Origin: Verrucomicrobiia bacterium
Lineage (GTDB): Bacteria > Verrucomicrobiota > Verrucomicrobiia > Limisphaerales > UBA11358
Assembly: GCA_037138135.1 (NCBI GenBank)
Contig: JBAXIY010000003.1
Location: forward strand, 1 to 47,657
DNA length: 47,657 bases
Reading direction: 5' to 3'
Position numbers and translations under genes: made by a program. Positions within the stretch are counted from its first letter, which is position 1. Each line of letters opens with the position of its first letter. Below, piece after piece: positions 17,374 to 24,746 of the stretch. The notes under the pieces are model-generated. The model was given only the letters and a program-made list of their open reading frames with translations. It ran no database searches and was not told where the DNA came from.

Positions 17374-17552
17374 ATTTATATTTAGGTTGTTCAGTTTAAC
17401 TACGCGCGTTGTGTTGTTGTTCGATTTGATTCGGATTGGTCTGCTCGCGGGTGGATATCAGCACCGCGTTTCCAACAGCAGACGCGCCCAGCGACCAACC
17501 GGTCGGCTCACATCCACTGTCAAATTGGTTAAAGTTTTTCATATGTTCTGGT

Positions 17553-18617
17553 TCAGCCATGACAAAGCACTAGTCCGCCAGCGGACACCACTACGGCAGG
17601 CTTCGTGAATGGCGAATTAAAACGCGCCATCAATTCCGCCGTATGTTCGGCGATGATCTGCTCGCACAAGGCCAGTTCCTGGCTGCGATTCTTGGTGTTC
17701 TCACGAACGACTGCTTCAAGATCGTCAATGTCGTAAAGGAAAACGTTCGGAAGTTCCGCCACTGCCGGATCGATATCGCGCGGCACCGCGATGTCCACGA
17801 GCACCAGCGGACGATTGCCGCGCGCCGGTAAAATTTTTGCCACATCCTCGCGCTTCAAAACAATTTCTGGGCTGCCGGTCGAGCTGACCAAAATATCAGC
17901 GTCCATCATCGCCGCCGCCGAATCTTCGATCCGCACCGCGCGCCCGCCAAATTCCGTCGCGAGCTTTTCTGCGCGTTCCACCGAGCGGTTGGCCACTAAC
18001 ACCGTCTTAGCGCCACGCTTAGCCAGATGCTTCACGCAGGCTTCACCCATTTTGCCTGCACCCAAAATCATGACCGTCTTCGAACTCAAGTCGCGGTCAA
18101 ATACTTTCTCCGCCAGTTCTACTGCCACGCTGCCGACCGACGTCGCGCCGCGGCCGATGCCGGTATTCGTGCGGACCGCCTTGACTACCGCAAACGCCGT
18201 CTGGAAGAGTCGATTCATTTTCTTACCAACGAGGCCGGCGTCTTTCGCGGCTTGATACGCATTCTTAACCTGTCCGGTAATTTCCGTTTCCCCAATCACA
18301 AGGGAGTCAATGCCGCTGGCGACAGCAAATAAATGTTCTGCTGCCGCCGCGCCTTCCTTGACATAGAGATGCGGGGTAAAATCAAAATCGCTGCCCGTGA
18401 GTTCCTGAAACAGCTGCTGGACGCGACCGTGAATCCAAGTCGAGACTCCGTAAATCTCCACGCGATTGCAGGTGGAAAGCAGCACCACTTCTTCCAGCCC
18501 GCCGCGCAACTTGAGCCGGCAGCCGCTGCATTGCAGGCGCGAGCGCTGGACGGCCAACTTCTCACGCACCTCCACGGGCGTGGTCTTGTAGCTCAATCCG
18601 GCAACAAAGATTTTCAT
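17553..18617 (-). CDS. hemA: glutamyl-tRNA reductase
   Basis: LSTCNRVEIY, HLF.VASGIDS.VIGE.EI.GQVK, GAGKMG, DIAVPRDI motifs; short C-terminus (354 aa). Confidence 0.96.
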   Translation of the reverse strand: MKIFVAGLSYKTTPVEVREKLAVQRSRLQCSGCRLKLRGGLEEVVLLSTCNRVEIYGVSTWIHGRVQQLFQELTGSDFDFTPHLYVKEGAAAAEHLFAVASGIDSLVIGETEITGQVKNAYQAAKDAGLVGKKMNRLFQTAFAVVKAVRTNTGIGRGATSVGSVAVELAEKVFDRDLSSKTVMILGAGKMGEACVKHLAKRGAKTVLVANRSVERAEKLATEFGGRAVRIEDSAAAMMDADILVSSTGSPEIVLKREDVAKILPARGNRPLVLVDIAVPRDIDPAVAELPNVFLYDIDDLEAVVRENTKNRSQELALCEQIIAEHTAELMARFNSPFTKPAVVVSAGGLVLCHG

Positions 18618-18751
18618 AACTTGATTTAAAACCTGACAACAACTGCTTGAAGTAAATCTAAACGGATGAAAAAAACGCGCTTACCATATATTGCTATTTA
18701 CCACGCAACATTTGGCGAGATTAACTTTTAGATTTTGACTTACGAGCAGCA

Positions 18752-20479
18752 TCATATTTCCTTACCGCTTTCCAAAACGCTGGATTTATCGGAACGCCGC
18801 TGGGCGGCCGCCGGCTCGAGCGGGTGTTCGTGCGCTTGAAATTCCTCGGAAATGCGACCGTCCAGGCAGGCTGTATTTAGCGGATAAACTTCGGGATCAA
18901 AGATGACATGGTAGAAGTGCCAGACGACGATCGCGAGGCAGGCCAGCACCGCTTCGTAGTAATGAATGGTCGTCGCCACGGCCACCACCCAGCGGGGAAA
19001 ATATTGCGTCACGTCAATCTTCAGCCAGATCGCCAGACCGGTCGCCCCCATGATGATGGTGCCCCAGACGACCGCCCAGTATTCCATTTTTTCGGCATAG
19101 CCGAAGCGTCCGATTTTGGGTTTATCCTTTGTAAATCCACCTAAATATCGCACCGCCTGCCAAACGTCGGCCAGATCTTTTTTCACCGGAAATAGGTCCG
19201 CCACCAACTTCCTTCCGTCGCGTGTGGCGAGAAGATATATTAAATGATACAGGCCGATGGCCAGCATCACGATGCCCGCGACGCGATGCGACCAGCGGCG
19301 AAACGGCTCACTGGAGCCCAGAACCTTGGCCAGCCAGGAGTCTGGAAATTTCAACGCAAAGCCGGTGACGGCCAGCGCCATGAAACTCGTCGCCAACACC
19401 AGATGTTGCCAGCGTTGCGAGGTGGTCATTCGGACCACCGGCCGCTCGGTCATCCGTAAACGCGCCGCGGTTTTTTTTATGAACAGAATGCCGTTGTGGG
19501 CCAGCATTGCGCCGATGGTGACAAAAATGAGCGTAAGATAAATGCGCCGCGTCCAGTTATTCAACCGGCTGCCAAAATCCGTGCCGCCCGCCTGCCCGTC
19601 CGGTGCCACATGGATTTTACCCTGCGAAAATTCCTGATTCGCTCCCGGATGACACTTGCCGCACGTCGTGACGAGATTGATTTTGTTGATGGTGGAATTG
19701 GTATCCGCCGACGGCAGGATTTTATGATAGCCGTGGCAGCTCGCGCAGTTCGCCGCCACAGTCGAACCATATTGCGCCGCCAGCCCGTGATAGCTTTCAA
19801 AAAAGGTTTTTACGCGATCAGCGGGCAGATTGAATTTCGTATTCAACCGCTCGGACGCATGGCAGCGACTGCAAACATCTTCCGAAATCGCCATGGCCGA
19901 GCTGCTTTTGAGCGAACGGATTTTATGTTCGTCATGGCAGCCGGTGCAGGTGGGCGCGTCGTGCGATCCCGCCATGACGGCCTGACCATGCACGCTGACC
20001 TGCCACTCGCGCGCCTCCCGGTCGTGACACGCGCCGCAGGTTTCGGCCTGCCGGGAAAAATAAATCGGTGAGGTCGGCGAATCGGCGGAAGCCATCTCGT
20101 GTGAATCATGGCAATCGCGGCACGTGGCCGCATCAGCATGCCCAGACTTCAACGCGAGGCCGTGAACACTGGCGTTAAAACTTTCAGTCTGGCGCGCGTG
20201 ACATAAAGCGCAATTCACCATGGCCACCGGCTTATTATCATCCGGGTGCTTGGCAGTCAGGTCGGCGTGGCAGCTGATGCAGGCGTTGGTCCGGTGCGCG
20301 GACAATTTGAATTTCGCCACATCCACAAAGAGTGAAACCGGCTTGCCGGCGGCATTGGTTTTGACAAGCGTGTTATCGCCATGGCAATCAAGACAGTCGC
20401 TGTCCTTCACACCGCCAAACATCGGCGTCACCACTAGGCCGAGCGCCAGCAGAAAACAAAACAGGGGATTCATTTCCAT
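18752..20479 (-). CDS. cbcL: CbcL-like inner-membrane quinol oxidase: 9 c-type hemes fused to a cytochrome b domain
   Basis: Likely start 20479 or 20473. Motifs CLDCH, CISCH, CALCH, CRDCH, CGACH, CTGCH, CSRCH, CASCH, CGKCH, then TM helices with b-heme His (RWQH, WSHR, IHYYEA..WHFYH) and EKMEYWA. Confidence 0.85.
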   Translation of the reverse strand: MEMNPLFCFLLALGLVVTPMFGGVKDSDCLDCHGDNTLVKTNAAGKPVSLFVDVAKFKLSAHRTNACISCHADLTAKHPDDNKPVAMVNCALCHARQTESFNASVHGLALKSGHADAATCRDCHDSHEMASADSPTSPIYFSRQAETCGACHDREAREWQVSVHGQAVMAGSHDAPTCTGCHDEHKIRSLKSSSAMAISEDVCSRCHASERLNTKFNLPADRVKTFFESYHGLAAQYGSTVAANCASCHGYHKILPSADTNSTINKINLVTTCGKCHPGANQEFSQGKIHVAPDGQAGGTDFGSRLNNWTRRIYLTLIFVTIGAMLAHNGILFIKKTAARLRMTERPVVRMTTSQRWQHLVLATSFMALAVTGFALKFPDSWLAKVLGSSEPFRRWSHRVAGIVMLAIGLYHLIYLLATRDGRKLVADLFPVKKDLADVWQAVRYLGGFTKDKPKIGRFGYAEKMEYWAVVWGTIIMGATGLAIWLKIDVTQYFPRWVVAVATTIHYYEAVLACLAIVVWHFYHVIFDPEVYPLNTACLDGRISEEFQAHEHPLEPAAAQRRSDKSSVLESGKEI

Positions 20480-20535
20480 GATTTTCGGCTGGCATCGGCG
20501 AAAGCGCTGCCCTCGATTTGCCAACTTCTCGCCTG

Positions 20536-20562
20536 TTTTTGATGCCAATTCACCATCAAAAA
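20536..20562. promoter_or_regulatory. inverted repeat, candidate operator upstream of cbcL
   Basis: TTTTTGATG-N9-CATCAAAAA, perfect 9-bp arms, in the divergent cbcL/aspC intergenic region. Confidence 0.45.
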
Positions 20563-20629
20563 AAATATTTTGAACACTTTGGCGTCGACTGGGTCAGATG
20601 CTATGTAGATTGGTTTAGGGTTTGGGTTG

Positions 20630-20677
20630 AAGCGCCTGACTATTTATTGGGTTTTTAGTCAGGCGCTTTTTTATTTT
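20630..20677 (+). terminator. intrinsic terminator with no upstream plus-strand CDS
   Basis: 13-bp stem AAGCGCCTGACTA (20630-20642) / TAGTCAGGCGCTT (20656-20668), followed by TTTTATTTT. Confidence 0.7.
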
Positions 20678-20757
20678 AAGGTTGGTTAACTCCGCAACGG
20701 CTAATTCCCTTCTTGCACTGAAGCTGATTCATTTTATTCTTTCCGCGCTAAATTCTT

Positions 20758-21933
20758 ATGAACTACAAAATATCTCCACGTGCCGCGTCCCTTGCCCCGT
20801 CGCTCACTCTGGCCATTGATTCCAAGGCGAAAGCGATGAAGGCCGCCGGCGAAGATGTCGTTGGTTTTGGCGCGGGCGAACCGGACTTTGACACGCCGCA
20901 GCACATCAAGGACGCCGCCGCCAAGGCGCTCGCCGCCGGTTTTACAAAATACACGCCCAGCAGCGGCATTCCCGAATTGCGCGAAGCCATTGCCGCAAAA
21001 TTTCTGCGTGAGAACGGACTGACTTACAAGCCATCCCAAATCATCGTCTCCTGCGGTGGTAAACATTCTTGCTACAACGTCATCCTTGCGACGTGCGAAG
21101 CGGGCGACGAGGTAATCATTCCCGCGCCATATTGGTTGAGCTATCCCGAGATGGTCAAACTAGCGGGCGCAACCCCGGTGATTCTTCAGACGACGGATAA
21201 GACGGAGTTCAAAGTCACGCCGGAACAACTTCGCGCCGCCATCACGCCGAAGACACGCTTGTTCGTGCTCAATTCCCCCAGCAATCCAACCGGCTCCGTT
21301 TATACGCCGGAAGAAACCAAAGCGCTCGGCGACATCTGCGTGGAAAAGGGCGTCCTCATCATGAGCGATGAAATCTACGAACATCTGCTTTACGACGGCG
21401 CGAAGGTGAAGAGCGTCGCCAGTTTCTCGCAAGCGCACTATGACCACACGATTATTGTTCACGGTTTGGCGAAAGCGTATTCGATGACCGGCTGGCGTTT
21501 GGGTTTTCTTGCCGCGCCAGAGCCGATTGCCAAGGCCATCGATGCCGTCCAGTCACACAGCACGAGCAATCCGACGTCGTTCGCGCAAAAGGGTGGTGTC
21601 GAAGCGCTCAATGGTTCGCAAGCGCATTTGCCCGTCTGGCTCGCGGAATACGATAAGCGCCGCCGCTACGCGCACGCCAAGTTGAACACCATGCCCGGCA
21701 TCACCTGCGTGAATGCAAAAGGTGCGTTCTATTTGTTTCCGAACATTTCCAAGACCGGCCTCAAGTCCGCCGAGTTCTGCGCGAAGTTGCTGGAGCAGGA
21801 AAAAGTCGCCGCTGTTCCCGGCATCGCGTTCGGTGCGGATGATTATATCCGCCTAAGCTACGCCACCAGTCTCGCGAACATTGAAAAAGGTCTGGAACGC
21901 ATGGACAAGTTTTGCCGCGCGCTGGCGAAATAA
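20758..21933 (+). CDS. aspC: PLP-dependent aspartate aminotransferase (class I/II)
   Basis: GEPDFDTP, NSPSNPTG, SDEIY, AKAYSMTGWRLG motifs. Confidence 0.92.
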   Translation: MNYKISPRAASLAPSLTLAIDSKAKAMKAAGEDVVGFGAGEPDFDTPQHIKDAAAKALAAGFTKYTPSSGIPELREAIAAKFLRENGLTYKPSQIIVSCGGKHSCYNVILATCEAGDEVIIPAPYWLSYPEMVKLAGATPVILQTTDKTEFKVTPEQLRAAITPKTRLFVLNSPSNPTGSVYTPEETKALGDICVEKGVLIMSDEIYEHLLYDGAKVKSVASFSQAHYDHTIIVHGLAKAYSMTGWRLGFLAAPEPIAKAIDAVQSHSTSNPTSFAQKGGVEALNGSQAHLPVWLAEYDKRRRYAHAKLNTMPGITCVNAKGAFYLFPNISKTGLKSAEFCAKLLEQEKVAAVPGIAFGADDYIRLSYATSLANIEKGLERMDKFCRALAK

Positions 21934-21951
21934 ATTTAGCATCCGCCTGAA

Positions 21952-22440
21952 ATGGAAGCTCAGGACACACTGGTCATCATCAAGCCGGATTCGTTCTGGC
22001 GGAAACTGGATCAAGCGGTCGAGCAACGTCTGCTGTCGCTCGGATTGAATGTGGTTTCATCGCAACTGCTGGCTGGCTCCGAAAATTTGCCCGAGGAAAA
22101 ATGGCGCGAGTTTTATTTTCCAGCCATTGGAAACCGTCCGCCTTGTCTTGAAGGCACGGCCAAATACATGACTTTTGGTCCAGTAAAGCTGATTCACTTT
22201 CGAGGCGTTGACGCCATTCAAAAAGTCCGGAGGCTCGTGGGCGCAACGCGTCCGTGGCAAGCCGAGGCGGGAACCATTCGCGGCGATTTCTGGCCGGGCG
22301 CGACAGAAGCCAACGCCACGCATCGCCTGAAATTCCAACAGCCGGGCGACGACCAGTTTTTGTTCAACCTGATCCACGCCTCGGATTCGCCGGCAAGTTT
22401 TGCCCGAGAGATTCAGTTTTTTAAGCGGCTGCCATCTTGA
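21952..22440 (+). CDS. ndk: nucleoside diphosphate kinase (atypical)
   Basis: TLVIIKPD, VRRLVGAT.P..A..GTIRGDF, NLIHASDS with catalytic His. Confidence 0.8.
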   Translation: MEAQDTLVIIKPDSFWRKLDQAVEQRLLSLGLNVVSSQLLAGSENLPEEKWREFYFPAIGNRPPCLEGTAKYMTFGPVKLIHFRGVDAIQKVRRLVGATRPWQAEAGTIRGDFWPGATEANATHRLKFQQPGDDQFLFNLIHASDSPASFAREIQFFKRLPS

Positions 22441-22469
22441 ATCTGCATTTACATCCGGCAAAAAAAGGG

Positions 22470-24242
22470 ATGGCAAGAATTCCCGTAATTGATGAATATG
22501 ACGTCATGGCCGACGAGCAAGACAACACAATCGCATTGGTTTCCGTGGGGAAAATCCAGAAGGAATGGTATGACCTTACCCTGCGCGTGGCCCAATCGGA
22601 AACGGAACGCGCCGCGCTGGAACAGGAAAACAAGACGTTGCGGTCGCTGCTGGAGCGCGTGATTGAACACCGCCAGAAATCCCACAGCGAACTGGTGACC
22701 ATTCTCACCACGCTCGTCAGCAAGCTGCCGCTCAATGACGTGGGCGTGATCGTCGCGCGCCTGATGGAGCACAACCAGCACGTCACCGAGGTCAACGCGA
22801 GTCTCGTGAAGGGCAAGCTGGACGATATTTTGCTCCAGCCCGCCCTGCTCAAAAATCTCGACAAAACCAAGCGCGAACTCGCCGAGGCGGCCACGCTGGC
22901 GGTGGAACAACTGCTCCAGTTGGAAACCCCGTTTGAGGCGGATATGCTGCGCTCTCTGGTCACGCAGCCAAAAAATTTCTTTTCGCCCGCCGTCGTCCGC
23001 GCGAATCGCGGCTTCGTCAAAGGCCAGTTGCCGCGCGAACGTGTGCTTAAAGATTTTGGTGCGGACGCGCTGATTTTTTTCAAGGACGTGACGACGGATG
23101 TGAAATTTAATCCGCGCCCCAAGCCGGAAGAAATCATGCTCGCCTTCAAGCCGGACTTCGCCGAACTGCTCCGGCAAAATCCCAGTATCGCTGCGGACCA
23201 TCGCAAAAAATTAGAGACCTTGTATCAGGTCATTGGCCAGAGCCGCGAAAACAACGAGCACGCCCGCGCCCAGAAAAAAGCGTTTCTGCGCCTGTCATTT
23301 TTTCTCGAACTGCTGCATTACTACGAAAATCAAAGCACCGAATCGCCGGATGTGGTTTTCGCCCAGCGCCTGCCGCCGCTCATCGAGCAACTGATCCTCA
23401 CCGGCGAACACACCACGCTAGACGAAAATCTGATTCTTGCCGGCGAAGCCATGCTCGCGCTGATCATCAATCTGGATCATCGCAAAGCTGTCATCAACAA
23501 CATCGGCAAGGCTGGCGGTCTCGCCCGCACTTTGCGCTACACGCTGGCCTTTCGCATCGAACAGCTTTCCGACCTGGATCCGCTGACGGTCGAATGCGTG
23601 AAACATTTGATACCTCAAGCGAGCGCCCCGACCGCGACCGACCTCGCCAACCTGCTGCGACTTTTTAATCCGCACATGCAACAAGCCACGATTCGGGCCA
23701 TCGCCGCCACCGATCGGTTGCGCAAGGAAGACGCGGAAAAACTGGGCAAGGCCGTCGCCCAGGAACTTGGCCTGAAGGAAGTTTTCGCCCATCTAAACGA
23801 AAAATCCTCCCTCACGCCAGAACGCGAACGCCAACTCGCTTGGGATCACATCAAAGATCTCATCGGCTCCCGCGCCACGCCCAACGAAGTTATTGCCACC
23901 ATCCGCAAACGGCTGCACGGCCGCTACGACGCCGACGAGGTGAAAGCCTGTTGGCTCGTGCTAACGGAAGCGGACGCCATGGTGTTTGTCCGCGTGTTTT
24001 GCCTGTTTCCCTATCTGCCCGATGGTCAGGCCGACCCCCTCGCCCGCCCCATCTTGGAAACTTTTGTCACCCGTCTCACGCACGAAAAATACGCAGCAGT
24101 TTATACCAAGACCGTGAACGCGCTAAAAAATCTTTTCAAGGTCAAAGCCGACAGCCCCGCGCTCGTGAACTTCATCGCTCTGACACGCTGGGTGGATGCC
24201 GCCGCTGCCGAGAAGATTTCTAAAGACGTCGGCTTGGTCTGA
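22470..24242 (+). CDS. hypothetical all-helical protein with N-terminal coiled coil
   Basis: Long ORF with typical codon usage; start uncertain (22437, 22470 or 22506); no recognised motif. Confidence 0.8.
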   Translation: MARIPVIDEYDVMADEQDNTIALVSVGKIQKEWYDLTLRVAQSETERAALEQENKTLRSLLERVIEHRQKSHSELVTILTTLVSKLPLNDVGVIVARLMEHNQHVTEVNASLVKGKLDDILLQPALLKNLDKTKRELAEAATLAVEQLLQLETPFEADMLRSLVTQPKNFFSPAVVRANRGFVKGQLPRERVLKDFGADALIFFKDVTTDVKFNPRPKPEEIMLAFKPDFAELLRQNPSIAADHRKKLETLYQVIGQSRENNEHARAQKKAFLRLSFFLELLHYYENQSTESPDVVFAQRLPPLIEQLILTGEHTTLDENLILAGEAMLALIINLDHRKAVINNIGKAGGLARTLRYTLAFRIEQLSDLDPLTVECVKHLIPQASAPTATDLANLLRLFNPHMQQATIRAIAATDRLRKEDAEKLGKAVAQELGLKEVFAHLNEKSSLTPERERQLAWDHIKDLIGSRATPNEVIATIRKRLHGRYDADEVKACWLVLTEADAMVFVRVFCLFPYLPDGQADPLARPILETFVTRLTHEKYAAVYTKTVNALKNLFKVKADSPALVNFIALTRWVDAAAAEKISKDVGLV

Positions 24243-24746
24243 TCAGCGGAGAAAATCCCGTTGCAGCCGCGTCATCAGGTCGTTGACCGCCAGCATCAAT
24301 TCGCCATGCTGCTCCGCGCTGGCTTCGTCCGCCAGATCAATCGGCGCACTCATCGCCTCAGCATAACGATGCGTAAGCGCCATCCGTTCATCACGCTGGC
24401 CGAGCGAACGCAGCAGCCCGCGCACTTTTTCCGTCTGAATTTTTGCCGTGGAAATTTTCTTCAGCGCGGCAGCGGCGGCGAGTTCGCCTGCATCAACACG
24501 TTTTAACAAACCGCATTCGAAAGCGCGGCAACGCTTCGGTCGGTCGGCGTATATACCGCAGAGCTTTCCATCGTAACACGCGCACGGCTGTCCGAACGCA
24601 AGCTTCCCCTGCCCTTTCTTTTCCAACGTCAAGCCTAGCTGCTTCAAACGCTTTGCGTCATCGCCTGCGCGCAATTCGACGTCCGCAAATAGCGTGCTGT
24701 CGCAGCACAGGCCGCAGTTCGGACACAGTTGTTCAATGCCGTTCAT
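24243..24746 (-). CDS. YkgJ family cysteine-cluster (CxxCxxCC) protein
   Basis: CPNCGLCC...PC....CGIYADRPKRCRAFEC. Confidence 0.88.
   Translation of the reverse strand: MNGIEQLCPNCGLCCDSTLFADVELRAGDDAKRLKQLGLTLEKKGQGKLAFGQPCACYDGKLCGIYADRPKRCRAFECGLLKRVDAGELAAAAALKKISTAKIQTEKVRGLLRSLGQRDERMALTHRYAEAMSAPIDLADEASAEQHGELMLAVNDLMTRLQRDFLR

Noticed and set aside
17460-17475. TTGGAAACGCGGTGC as a sigma-54 promoter for the omcE-like gene
   Set aside because: GG-to-GC spacing is 9 nt, not the required 10.
17435-17520. Known riboswitch (GEMM-I, c-di-GMP-II or ZTP) in the omcE leader
   Set aside because: Only short fragments resemble these motifs and the conserved cores are not present by eye; kept as an unknown structure.
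17518-17523. Perfect TTGACA (-35) on the minus strand upstream of the omcE-like gene
   Set aside because: No recognisable -10 element lies 16-18 nt downstream.
20540-20558. Canonical FNR box
   Set aside because: The half sites are 11 nt apart rather than 4.
4852-20562. Cluster as a mobile genomic island
   Set aside because: No integrase, transposase, tRNA or flanking direct repeats were seen; a composition shift could not be computed.
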